DNA of 24,000 nucleotides. Origin: an uncultured Actinomycetes bacterium. GTDB taxonomy: Bacteria > Actinomycetota > Actinomycetes > Mycobacteriales > Nakamurellaceae. The DNA lies in assembly GCA_964497705.1 (NCBI GenBank), contig CAZCEH010000010.1, forward strand, positions 61,757-85,756, written 5' to 3'. Position numbers and translations under genes: made by a program. Under the pieces are notes generated by a model that was not told where the DNA came from, searched no databases, and was given only the letters and a program-made list of their open reading frames with translations. Positions 7,793 to 15,809 of this stretch are shown here, piece after piece (the stretch's first letter is position 1; each line of letters begins with the position of its first letter).

Positions 7793-7822
7793 ACTTTACC
7801 AGTTCGATCACGGCGCTCACAA
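7793..7822 (-). promoter_or_regulatory. Candidate sigma-A type promoter for rpsT
   Basis: The minus strand reads TTGTGA (7822-7817), then 18 nt, then TAAAGT (7798-7793). The -10 element fits TANNNT. This would give a leader of about 95 nt. The call is pattern-based only. Confidence 0.3.
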
Positions 7823-7922
7823 CGTTCCGGACTACCCCGGGCGGGCCGGCCACGGCCGCGGGTCGAACCTCCTGGTGACCGAAATGCCTGAATCGCCCGT
7901 GCTGGCCGGCCTGGATCTCGCC

Positions 7923-7989
7923 CCGCGCTGATCCAATATCCACTTTCGGTGCCGTTTTGTCCGGTTTGCTGAACGTTGGATCAGCGCGG
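7923..7989. repeat. Perfect 14-bp inverted repeat flanking a 39-bp relatively AT-rich spacer
   Basis: ccgcgctgatccaa (7923-7936) and ttggatcagcgcgg (7976-7989) are exact reverse complements. The spacer tatccactttcggtgccgttttgtccggtttgctgaacg is markedly less GC-rich than its surroundings. The element lies in the intergenic region between the lipase stop (8060) and the rpsT start (7690). Confidence 0.85.
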
Positions 7990-8059
7990 CTCCCCAAGGT
8001 GGCCCGGCATCAGCGCCGGTGCGCTCCGAGGGGGCGCCCGGCAAGGGCCCGTCGGCCGT

Positions 8060-9022
8060 TCAGCCGCAGGGGAATGACGAAGGATCCGGTTGGCCGCCGG
8101 TGCGCACGGCCTGCACCACCCAGGCGATCACTGCCGCGTTCCCCGGCATCTGCAGGTGTTCCAGGTGGGTGCCGGGGCAGGCGTCCTGCACGATCAGCGA
8201 CCGCACCCGGTCCGGCGGACCGGCCGGCGACTGCGTGTCCACCGGGGTCACCACCGTGTCGTCCCGGCTGGAGATGGTCGCGTAGCGCACCTGACCGTCC
8301 AGGTCGCCGCCGGCGTCCAGCTCGGTGAGCAGGGCCGAGCCGGCCGTCTGGTCCGCGCAGGCCGGACAGGTGACCGACGGGACGTCGTCGAGCAGGGCCG
8401 ACGTCGTGCCGTGGAACGTCGGCGCGATCATCACCGCGGTGCCGACCCGCGGCGCAAGGCCCTGCAGGCGCAGGGCGGTGCGCAGCACCAGTCCGCCCTG
8501 CGAGAACGCCACGACGTCGACCTGGTCGGCACCGGTCACCTCGAGCACCGAGTCGACGAAGTCCGCGACCGTCGTCGCCGAATCCCGGATCGGCGCGACG
8601 CCGGCCGACCCGTAGTTGGTGCCGAAGACGCAGCGTCCGGCGGCCTGCAGAGCGGTGGCCAGGGGCGCGAAGTTGCCGGCGACCGTCGAGAACGTGCCGG
8701 GCAGTAGGACGACCGGACGGTCGTCCGAGCGGCACTCCGGGTCGTTCAGGCCCGGCAGATGGACGTCGGGAAGCACCCTGGTGGACGGACTGGCCGGCGG
8801 ACTGGTCGGCGCGGTGGTGGGCACCGTGGTCGGCGCAGCAGTCGGAACAGTCGGAACAGGAACAGTGGGGTCGGGAACGGTACAGGCGGTGGCCAGCAGC
8901 ACGAGCGCCGTCAGCGGCGCGACCACGGCGGCCCGTCTCACCGTCGCCACGGTACGTCGAGAAGATTTCTCGAAGGATGTCGGCGCGAGGTGTCGTCCGT
9001 CGGCTCGGTCATTCGTGGTCAT
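8060..9022 (-). CDS. Secreted/lipoprotein triacylglycerol lipase-esterase (class-2-lipase-like alpha/beta hydrolase)
   Basis: This is the C-terminal 320 aa of the artefactual 1458-aa track ORF 8060..12436. The N-terminus is MTTNDRADGRHLAPTSFEKSSRRTVATVRRAAVVAPLTALVLLATAC: an SRR-containing n-region, a hydrophobic core and a Cys that could be a lipobox or Tat signal. A Pro/Thr linker (PTVPVPTVPTAAPTTVPTTAPTSPPASPS) follows. Next come VVLLPGT and the nucleophile elbow VVAFSQGG (AxSxG). An alternative start is GTG 8950. Confidence 0.75.
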   Translation of the reverse strand: MTTNDRADGRHLAPTSFEKSSRRTVATVRRAAVVAPLTALVLLATACTVPDPTVPVPTVPTAAPTTVPTTAPTSPPASPSTRVLPDVHLPGLNDPECRSDDRPVVLLPGTFSTVAGNFAPLATALQAAGRCVFGTNYGSAGVAPIRDSATTVADFVDSVLEVTGADQVDVVAFSQGGLVLRTALRLQGLAPRVGTAVMIAPTFHGTTSALLDDVPSVTCPACADQTAGSALLTELDAGGDLDGQVRYATISSRDDTVVTPVDTQSPAGPPDRVRSLIVQDACPGTHLEHLQMPGNAAVIAWVVQAVRTGGQPDPSSFPCG

Positions 9023-9103
9023 CACGACGAGGGTGATCGAGCGGGCCAGTCCGACCGAGCACGCCGCGTCGCGTCCCATCCATTCGAGCACGAGGAGCCC
9101 ACC

Positions 9104-9463
9104 ATGACGCAGTACATGCTGTCCGTCCACCACGAGTCCGCCGACGAGGTCGCCAACGTCTCCGACGAGGACATGCAGCGCATGTTCAAGCAGGTCGACG
9201 AGTTCAACGCCAAGGTCAGGCAGGCCGGCGCCTGGGTCTTCGCCGGCGGGTTGGAGGGCATCGAGTCCGCCACCGTCGTGGACGGGCGCGGAGCTGAGGC
9301 GATCATCACGGACGGCCCGTTCTCCGAGACCAAGGAGTACCTGGGCGGCTTCTGGGTCATCGAGGCGAATGACCTGGACGCCGCGCTGGAGTGGGCCCGA
9401 CAGGGGTCCGCGGCCTGCGAGGGCCGGGTCGAGGTGCGTCCCTTCCAGGGCGACGCCGGGTGA
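9104..9463 (+). CDS. YciI-like / DGPF-domain protein, 119 aa
   Basis: MTQYMLSVHHESADE...WVFAGGLEGIESATVV...ITDGPFSETKEYLGGFWVIEANDLDAALEWA contains the eponymous DGPF motif and the GGFW block of YCII-related proteins. GAGGAG lies 6 nt upstream of ATG 9104. Confidence 0.8.
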   Translation: MTQYMLSVHHESADEVANVSDEDMQRMFKQVDEFNAKVRQAGAWVFAGGLEGIESATVVDGRGAEAIITDGPFSETKEYLGGFWVIEANDLDAALEWARQGSAACEGRVEVRPFQGDAG

Positions 9464-9511
9464 TCCTGGCCGCCCGCGACGCGGCGGCCGTGGGCCCGGG
9501 ACAATGGGCCC

Positions 9512-10771
9512 GTGGCCGCCGATCGCATCCCGACCGCGACGGCCGGGGACGTCGAGCAGGTGTTCCGCGCCGAGCACGGCCGGCTGGTGGCCACGCTGAT
9601 CCGGCGCCTGGGCGACATCGACCTGGCCGAGGAGTCGCTGGGCGACGCCCTGGTCACCGCCCTGCGGACCTGGCCGGACCAGGGCATGCCGGCCAATCCG
9701 GGCGGGTGGCTGACCACCACCGCGGTGAACCGGGCGATCGACCGGATCCGGCGTGAATCGAGCCGGGACCGCCGGCAGCGTGAAGCGCTCGCCGCGACGC
9801 CGACCCAGCACGACCCGATCGCCGAGCGAGCCGCCCGGGCGGAGGAGGTCGGCGTGCTCGAGGACGACCGGTTGCGGCTGATCTTCACCTGCTGCCACCC
9901 GGCGCTCGCCCCGGAGGCGCGGGTCGCGCTGACCCTCCGGCTGCTCGGCGGGCTGACCGCGGCGGAGATCTCGCAGGCCTTCCTGGTCCAGGAGGCCACC
10001 ATGGCGCAGCGGCTGACCAGGGCCAAACGCAAGATCAAGACCGCCGGCATCCCGTACCGGGTGCCGCAGGCCGCGGAGCTGCCCGGCCGGCTGGCCGGCG
10101 TACTGGCGGTGCTGTACCTGATCTTCAACGAGGGCTACCTGTCCACCTCCGCGGGCGACCCGGTCCGCGACGACCTGTGCGCCGAGGCGATCCGGCTCGC
10201 CAGAACGGTCCAGGCCCTGCTGCCGGACGAGCCGGAGGCGGCGGGCCTGCTCGCCCTGATGCTGCTGATCCAGGCCCGGCGGCCGGCCCGGATCGCCGGC
10301 GGTGTGCTGGTCCCGCTGGACGAACAGGACCGGACCCGCTGGGACCGGGCGCTGATCGGCGAGGGGCACGAGCTGGTCCGCGACTGCCTGCGGCGCGGGC
10401 GTCCCGGCCACTACCAGATCCTGGCGGCCGTCAACGCCGTGCACACCGATGCTCATTCGGCCGCGGACACCGACTGGGGCCAGATCGTTGCCCTGTACGA
10501 CCAGTTGCGGGTGGTGCATCCGTCGCCGATCGTGGAGCTCAACCGGGCGGTCGCGGTCGCCGAGACGGACGGCCCGGCGACCGGGCTGGCCCTGGTGGAC
10601 GCCCTGGACCTGGACCGGTATCACGCCTGGCACGCGACCCGCGCGGACCTGCTGCGCCGCCTGAACCGGCCGGCCGAGGCGATCGGCGCGTACCGGCGGG
10701 CGATCCAGCTCACCGACAACCAGGCCGAACGGACGTTCCTGCAGCGCCGGCGGGCTGAGCTGGCGCCGTGA
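9512..10771 (+). CDS. ECF sigma factor with a long C-terminal TPR-like extension (ECF42-like), 419 aa
   Basis: The start is GTG 9512. Sigma-2 region: VFRAEHGRLVATLIRRLGDIDLAEESLGDALVTALRTW...GWLTTTAVNRAIDRIRRE. Sigma-4 HTH: LTLRLLGGLTAAEISQAFLVQEATMAQRLTRAKRKIK. An extension of about 230 aa follows, ending AYRRAIQLTDNQAERTFLQRRRAEL. A DGPF gene lies immediately upstream, which is the genomic context described for the ECF42 group. Confidence 0.85.
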   Translation: MAADRIPTATAGDVEQVFRAEHGRLVATLIRRLGDIDLAEESLGDALVTALRTWPDQGMPANPGGWLTTTAVNRAIDRIRRESSRDRRQREALAATPTQHDPIAERAARAEEVGVLEDDRLRLIFTCCHPALAPEARVALTLRLLGGLTAAEISQAFLVQEATMAQRLTRAKRKIKTAGIPYRVPQAAELPGRLAGVLAVLYLIFNEGYLSTSAGDPVRDDLCAEAIRLARTVQALLPDEPEAAGLLALMLLIQARRPARIAGGVLVPLDEQDRTRWDRALIGEGHELVRDCLRRGRPGHYQILAAVNAVHTDAHSAADTDWGQIVALYDQLRVVHPSPIVELNRAVAVAETDGPATGLALVDALDLDRYHAWHATRADLLRRLNRPAEAIGAYRRAIQLTDNQAERTFLQRRRAELAP

Positions 10772-10864
10772 CGTCGTGGTCCGGCGTCGACCTGATCCGA
10801 TCGGCCGCCGTGCGACGATGAGGCGTCCGATCGTCCCTACCCGAAGGATCCGAAGAAGACTCCC

Positions 10865-12757
10865 GTGACATCTGGTCTCGCCGCCCGTGCGCACCGCACC
10901 TTCACGCCGCCGGAGCTGATCCGCAACTTCTGCATCATCGCGCACATCGACCACGGCAAGTCGACGCTGGCGGACCGGATGCTGCAGCTCACCGGCGTGG
11001 TCGAGGAGCGGGCGATGCGCGCCCAATACCTGGACCGGATGGACATCGAGCGGGAGCGTGGCATCACCATCAAGTCGCAGGCCGTGCGGCTGCCCTGGGT
11101 TGCGCCCGGCGCCGACGGAAAGCCGGCCGATCACGTGCTCAACCTGATCGACACCCCCGGGCACGTCGACTTCACCTACGAGGTGTCCCGGTCGCTGGCC
11201 GCCTGCGAGGGGGCGGTCCTGCTGGTGGACGCCGCGCAGGGCATCGAGGCGCAGACCCTGGCCAACCTGTACCTGGCGCTGGAGAACGACCTGCACGTCA
11301 TCCCGGTGCTGAACAAGATCGACCTGCCGGCGGCCCAGCCCGAGCGGTACGCGCAGGAGATCGCGCACATCATCGGCGGCTCGCCCGACGAGGTGCTCCG
11401 GGTCTCCGGCAAGACCGGGGCCGGCGTCAAGGAACTGCTCGACAAGGTGGTCGCCGAGGTGCCGCCGCCGGTTGGGGAGGCCGACGCCCCGGCCAGAGCG
11501 ATGATCTTCGACTCGGTCTACGACATCTACCGCGGCGTCATCACCTACATCCGGGTCATCGACGGCAAGATCACCCCCCGCGAACGCATCCAGATGATGT
11601 CCACCAAGGCGGTGCACGAACTGCTCGAGGTGGGTGTCATCTCGCCCGAACCGATCCCGACCCAGGGCCTGGGCGTCGGCGAGGTCGGCTACCTGATCAC
11701 CGGGGTGAAGGACGTCCGGCAGTCCCGGGTCGGCGACACCATCACCTCGGCGGCCAAGGGCGCCACCGTGCCGCTCGGCGGATACCGCGACCCGAAACCC
11801 ATGGTGTACTCCGGGCTCTACCCGCTGGACGGGTCGGACTACCCGCTGCTGCGGGGCGCGCTGGACAAGCTGCGGCTCAACGACGCCGCGCTGACCTACG
11901 AGCCGGAGACGTCCGCCGCGCTCGGTTTCGGATACCGCTGCGGCTATCTCGGGCTGCTGCACATGGAGATCACCCGCGATCGTCTCGAACGGGAGTTCGG
12001 GCTCGACCTGATCTCCACCACGCCGAACGTCGTGTACCGGGTCACTCTGGAAGGCGCGGCGGACGGTCTGGACAACACGGTTGTGGTGACGAATCCCAGC
12101 GACTGGCCGGCCGGCAAGATCCGCGAGGTGCTGGAGCCGATCGTCCGGTGCACGATCATCAGCCCGAGCGAGTACATCGGCACGATCATGGAGCTGTGCC
12201 AGGCCCGGCGAGGGTCGTTGGGCGGCATGGACTACCTGTCCGAGAGCCGGGTCGAGCTGCGCTACACCATGCCGCTCGGGGAGATCATCTTCGACTTCTT
12301 CGACGCGCTGAAATCCCGCACCCGCGGCTACGCCTCGCTGGACTACGAGGAGATCGGTATGCAGGCCGCCGATCTGGTGAAGGTCGACATCCTGCTGCAG
12401 GGCGAGGCCGTCGACGCGTTCTCCGCGATCGTGCACAAGGATGCCGCCTACTCCTACGGCGTGGCGATGACGGCCAAGCTGCGTGAGCTGATCCCGCGGC
12501 AGCAGTTCGAGGTGCCGATCCAGGCCGCGGTCGGCTCGAGAGTGATTGCCCGGGAGACCATCCGGGCCATGCGCAAGGACGTGCTGGCCAAGTGCTACGG
12601 CGGCGACATCACCCGCAAGCGCAAGCTGCTGGAGAAGCAGAAGGAGGGCAAGAAGCGGATGAAGATGGTCGGCCGGGTCGAGGTGCCGCAGGAGGCCTTC
12701 ATCGCCGCGCTGTCCACCGACTCCAGTTCCGTGACCGGTAAGGACGGCAAGAAGTAG
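10865..12757 (+). CDS. lepA: Translation elongation factor 4 (LepA)
   Basis: [20 protein letters not shown] (G1), DTPGHVDF (G3) and NKID (G4) are present, as is the LepA-specific C-terminal domain ([26 protein letters not shown]). The start is GTG 10865. Confidence 0.97.
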   Translation: MTSGLAARAHRTFTPPELIRNFCIIAHIDHGKSTLADRMLQLTGVVEERAMRAQYLDRMDIERERGITIKSQAVRLPWVAPGADGKPADHVLNLIDTPGHVDFTYEVSRSLAACEGAVLLVDAAQGIEAQTLANLYLALENDLHVIPVLNKIDLPAAQPERYAQEIAHIIGGSPDEVLRVSGKTGAGVKELLDKVVAEVPPPVGEADAPARAMIFDSVYDIYRGVITYIRVIDGKITPRERIQMMSTKAVHELLEVGVISPEPIPTQGLGVGEVGYLITGVKDVRQSRVGDTITSAAKGATVPLGGYRDPKPMVYSGLYPLDGSDYPLLRGALDKLRLNDAALTYEPETSAALGFGYRCGYLGLLHMEITRDRLEREFGLDLISTTPNVVYRVTLEGAADGLDNTVVVTNPSDWPAGKIREVLEPIVRCTIISPSEYIGTIMELCQARRGSLGGMDYLSESRVELRYTMPLGEIIFDFFDALKSRTRGYASLDYEEIGMQAADLVKVDILLQGEAVDAFSAIVHKDAAYSYGVAMTAKLRELIPRQQFEVPIQAAVGSRVIARETIRAMRKDVLAKCYGGDITRKRKLLEKQKEGKKRMKMVGRVEVPQEAFIAALSTDSSSVTGKDGKK

Positions 12758-12777
12758 CCGGTATCAACACGTCTCGG

Positions 12778-13680
12778 TTACCGATCGGCCAGCACCCGCT
12801 TGAGCACCTCGGCGAAAGCGACCGGCTCCGGCAGGAAGCCGCCGTGGTCGCCGGGGAACTCCACCATCGGCAGGCCCAGCAGCTCCGCGAGGGCGACGGT
12901 GGTCCGGTACGTCAGCAGGTGTCCGGACTGGGCGCCGACGGCCACCACGACCTGACCCGGCCGCGCGGTCAGTGCCGCCACGTCCGGCCGGTATCCGGTG
13001 GTCCCCTTCATGTCCAGGCCGAACATCCGGACGCTGTCGGCGATGTCCCGGTCGGACAGCTGCTGAACCGGCGGTCCGGCCGGTTGGTCGTCCGATGGTT
13101 GCGCTGGTTCGTCCGCCGCTGGTTCGTCCGCCGCTGGTTCGTCCGCCGCTGGTTCGTCCGCCGCGTCGGGGCCAGCGTCGAAGCCGATCTGCGCCATGAA
13201 CTTCGCGAACGCCGGACCCAGGCCGTCCCGATGGAAGGTGGCGACGATGTCGTCGGTGACGGCCAGCTGCTCGGCGGCGTCCGGCAGGATCGTCAGCAGC
13301 GGTGGCTCGTGCGCGACCAGCGTGCGGACCCGGGACGGATGCCGGGCGACCAGAGCCAGGCCGGTGACCGCACCGCCGCTGCTGCCGAAGACGTCCGCCT
13401 GCTCGGCGCCGATCGCGTCGAGTACGGCCACGATGTCGTCGGCCCGGTCCTCCGGGCTGCTCGGCCGGGTCGGGTCGGTCATCGGGCTGTCGGAGATGCC
13501 GCGCGGGTCGTGCGTGATGACCGTGTAGTCATCGGCCAGGGCGTCGGCGAGCGGGCCGAAGAACCGGGCGGCCATCGGAGACCCGGCGATCACCAGCACC
13601 GGGCCGGAGCCGCGAACCTCGTAGTGGATGCTGGCGCCGGGCACGGCGACGGTGTGCACGCCGGGGTGGATGGTGGTCAT
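12778..13680 (-). CDS. Alpha/beta-fold hydrolase, 300 aa, with an acidic (ADEPA)x4 insertion
   Basis: Track ORF 12778..13743. I start it at ATG 13680 (MTTIHPGVHTV) because GAAGGGA lies about 9 nt upstream. It has the HDPRG oxyanion-region motif, the nucleophile elbow FGSSGG (GxSxG) and a C-terminal GDHGG histidine motif. Confidence 0.8.
   Translation of the reverse strand: MTTIHPGVHTVAVPGASIHYEVRGSGPVLVIAGSPMAARFFGPLADALADDYTVITHDPRGISDSPMTDPTRPSSPEDRADDIVAVLDAIGAEQADVFGSSGGAVTGLALVARHPSRVRTLVAHEPPLLTILPDAAEQLAVTDDIVATFHRDGLGPAFAKFMAQIGFDAGPDAADEPAADEPAADEPAADEPAQPSDDQPAGPPVQQLSDRDIADSVRMFGLDMKGTTGYRPDVAALTARPGQVVVAVGAQSGHLLTYRTTVALAELLGLPMVEFPGDHGGFLPEPVAFAEVLKRVLADR
13103..13162. repeat. 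Perfect 15-bp tandem repeat x4, in frame within the hydrolase CDS
   Basis: gctggttcgtccgcc is repeated four times without a mismatch: 13103-13117, 13118-13132, 13133-13147 and 13148-13162. It encodes ADEPA x4 on the minus strand. A degenerate copy lies just upstream, at about 13082-13102. Confidence 0.95.
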
Positions 13681-13879
13681 CGAGAGCGGTCCCTTCGCTG
13701 ACGGGGTCTGCCGGTACCGACCGGCGGCCGGGTGCGAACTCATCGGTCGAGTGCACCAGGATTGCGCAGACGGGACCGTGTAGGCGCAATGGGGGTGCCG
13801 CCGATGGTGGGTCTACCCCCACCCCGGCCGGCACCCTGCCCCGCTGTCCCGACGACCGGCGTCGTTGAACCATCGAGGC

Positions 13880-14563
13880 ATGACAACCGCAGTGATCCGG
13901 ACCGACGATCCGTGGGTCGACCGGACCCGACCGAGCCACGTGACCTCGCCTCGGGCCTGGGCCGAGCTGGTCTACGCCGTGGTCGATCTCGTCCCGGCGA
14001 TCACCTTCTTCGTGCTGGTGATCACCCTGCTCACGGTCGGCGTCGGGCTGGCCGTGATCTACGTCGGCGTCGTCCTGCTGGTCCTCGGCCTGCTGGTGGC
14101 CCGGTTCGGCGGCCTGCTGCAGCGGTCGATGGCACTGGCCCTGCTCGGCCTGCCGACCGCCGCGCCGGGCTGGGCCCGGCCGCGCCGCCCCGGACCGATC
14201 GCCGCGATCGGCGCTGTGCTGCGCGATCCCGCGAACTGGCGGGCGGTCGCCTACTTCTGCGGCAAGATCGTCATCGCCCCGCTGACGTTCTCGGTCGCCG
14301 TCGGCTTGTACGGCGCCGGCCTGGGTGCGGTGACCTACCCGCTGTGGCGGCCCTTCCTGCCCGGGCAGCTCGCCGCGGACGGGACCGTCCACCGAGGCGC
14401 CCAACTGTGGCCGGGCATGTTCATCGACACCTGGCCGACCATGGTCGTCTACGCGCTGATCGGGCTCGGCGTCCTGTGGTGCGCCCCGCGGATAGTGGCG
14501 TTCCTGATCACCATCGACCGCATCCTGATCGTGAGTCTGCTGGCGCGGCGCGACGAGACCTGA
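13880..14563 (+). CDS. Polytopic membrane protein resembling the N-terminal 'putative sensor' module of actinobacterial histidine kinases, with no kinase domains
   Basis: Track ORF 13865..14563, which has a TTG start; ATG 13880 gives MTTAVIRTDDPW. There are two blocks of paired TM helices (WAELVYAVVDLVPAITFFVLVITLL.../WRAVAYFCGKIVIAPLTFSVAVGLY...) separated by a LLG.P segment. The protein ends ...DRILIVSLLARRDET, the point where a HisKA_3 domain would normally follow. The family assignment is from memory of Pfam 'Sensor' (PF13796) and is unverified. Confidence 0.6.
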   Translation: MTTAVIRTDDPWVDRTRPSHVTSPRAWAELVYAVVDLVPAITFFVLVITLLTVGVGLAVIYVGVVLLVLGLLVARFGGLLQRSMALALLGLPTAAPGWARPRRPGPIAAIGAVLRDPANWRAVAYFCGKIVIAPLTFSVAVGLYGAGLGAVTYPLWRPFLPGQLAADGTVHRGAQLWPGMFIDTWPTMVVYALIGLGVLWCAPRIVAFLITIDRILIVSLLARRDET

Positions 14564-14565
14564 GC

Positions 14566-15807
14566 TCAGGCGTGTCGAGGTGGCCGGCCGAGCCCGCGCA
14601 ACCCGGGAGAGACCGCGGCGATCACCGCGGCCGCCGCAAGGCCACCGCCGATGGCCGCGAAGCCCGCCGCCGGGCCGTAGGTGTCGACCAGCGGGCCGAA
14701 GGCGAGCAGACCCAGCGGGCCCGCGGCCAGCGCCAGCGCGGTGTACGACCCGATGACCCGTCCGCGGAACCGCTCCGGGGTACGGGACTGGATGATCACC
14801 GCGCACAGCGGGTTGATCGGCCCGGTGACGAGCCCCGCGGCCAGCGCCAGCGCCACCATCACCGCGACCGACGGCAGCACGGCGAACGCGCCCAACGACA
14901 GGCCGGCCAGGGCCAGCGCGGCCACCAACGCGACCCGGGTGGGCACGCGGTGCGCGATCGCCCCGTAGGCCAGGGCACCGGCGATCGCGCCGCCCGCGTA
15001 GCCGGCCAGGATCACCCCGAACGCCACCACCTGCCCGGACTCGTTCAGATACGCGTTGAGCACGACGGTCTCGAACGGCAGCAGGAACAGCCAGATGACC
15101 GCGGCGACCAGCGTGATCGCGCGCAACGTTCGGTCCAGCAGCAGGAACCGCACGCCGTCCCACACCGACCGCAGGTACGGCTCCGGCTCCGGCCGCGCCG
15201 ACAGGTGCGCCGGCACCAGCAGCCAGGTCACCAGCACCGCCAGTGCGAACAACGCGGCGGCCACCCACACCGTGCCGAACCCGCCGACCACCACCAGCAG
15301 CAGGCCGGCCAGCGCCGGACCCGCGAGGTAGCCGACGTTCTCGGCCACCTCGCCCCACGCGTTCACCCGGGCCAGCGGCACGTCGGCCCGCCGCGCCGCA
15401 TCCGGCCGCAGGGCCTCCCGGGCCGCCGCCCCCGGGCTGTCGAAGACCGCGCCGACGGCGACCAGCACCAGCACCAGGCCAACACCCAGCCCGATCGTCG
15501 CGTCGGCCAGCGGCAGCGCGGCCACCGCGCACGCACTGAGGGTGTCCGCGATCATCGACGTGCGCCGCTTGCCGATCCGGTCGATCAGCGCCCCGCCGAA
15601 CACCGCGGAGAACACGATCGGCGCGATCGCCGCGGCCCCGGCCAGTCCCGCGAGGGCGGCGCTGCCGGTCCGTTCCAGCACCAGCCAGGGCACGGCGATC
15701 GCCACGACGCTGTTCGCGGTCACCGACAGCACCGTCGCCGCCAGCACCCCGGCCAACGGGACGATCGACCGCTCGGCCGTCGCTCGATCGGCGGACACGT
15801 CGGGCAC
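14566..15807 (-). CDS. MFS transporter (EntS/MFS_3-like, about 12 TM)
   Basis: Track ORF of 413 aa. It is hydrophobic throughout and carries the MFS loop motif GGALIDRIGKRR between TM2 and TM3. The start is GTG 15807, 2 nt after the stop of the upstream oxidoreductase, which suggests an operon. Confidence 0.85.
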   Translation of the reverse strand: MPDVSADRATAERSIVPLAGVLAATVLSVTANSVVAIAVPWLVLERTGSAALAGLAGAAAIAPIVFSAVFGGALIDRIGKRRTSMIADTLSACAVAALPLADATIGLGVGLVLVLVAVGAVFDSPGAAAREALRPDAARRADVPLARVNAWGEVAENVGYLAGPALAGLLLVVVGGFGTVWVAAALFALAVLVTWLLVPAHLSARPEPEPYLRSVWDGVRFLLLDRTLRAITLVAAVIWLFLLPFETVVLNAYLNESGQVVAFGVILAGYAGGAIAGALAYGAIAHRVPTRVALVAALALAGLSLGAFAVLPSVAVMVALALAAGLVTGPINPLCAVIIQSRTPERFRGRVIGSYTALALAAGPLGLLAFGPLVDTYGPAAGFAAIGGGLAAAAVIAAVSPGLRGLGRPPRHA

Positions 15808-15809
15808 GC

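Noticed and set aside
7832-8044. 70-aa minus-strand ORF across the AT-rich palindrome region, considered as a possible small protein
   Set aside because: Codons in the central part frequently end in A or T (CAA, CGT, TCA, GCA, ACA, AAA, CGA, ATA, GAT), contrary to the strong GC3 bias of genuine genes here. There is no RBS, so I treat the region as non-coding.
8060-12436. 1458-aa minus-strand ORF, the largest in the window
   Set aside because: It runs antisense to lepA, the ECF sigma gene and the DGPF gene, all of which have unmistakable family motifs on the plus strand. Only the last 320 aa (the lipase, from 9022) have protein-like composition. The rest is a monotonous, low-complexity off-frame translation with no recognisable domain motifs.
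13761-13790. 7-bp inverted repeat ATTGCGC-N16-GCGCAAT in the divergent region between the hydrolase and the sensor-module gene, considered as an operator
   Set aside because: The arms are short, no regulator gene is nearby, and repeats of this size are expected by chance. It is noted but not called.
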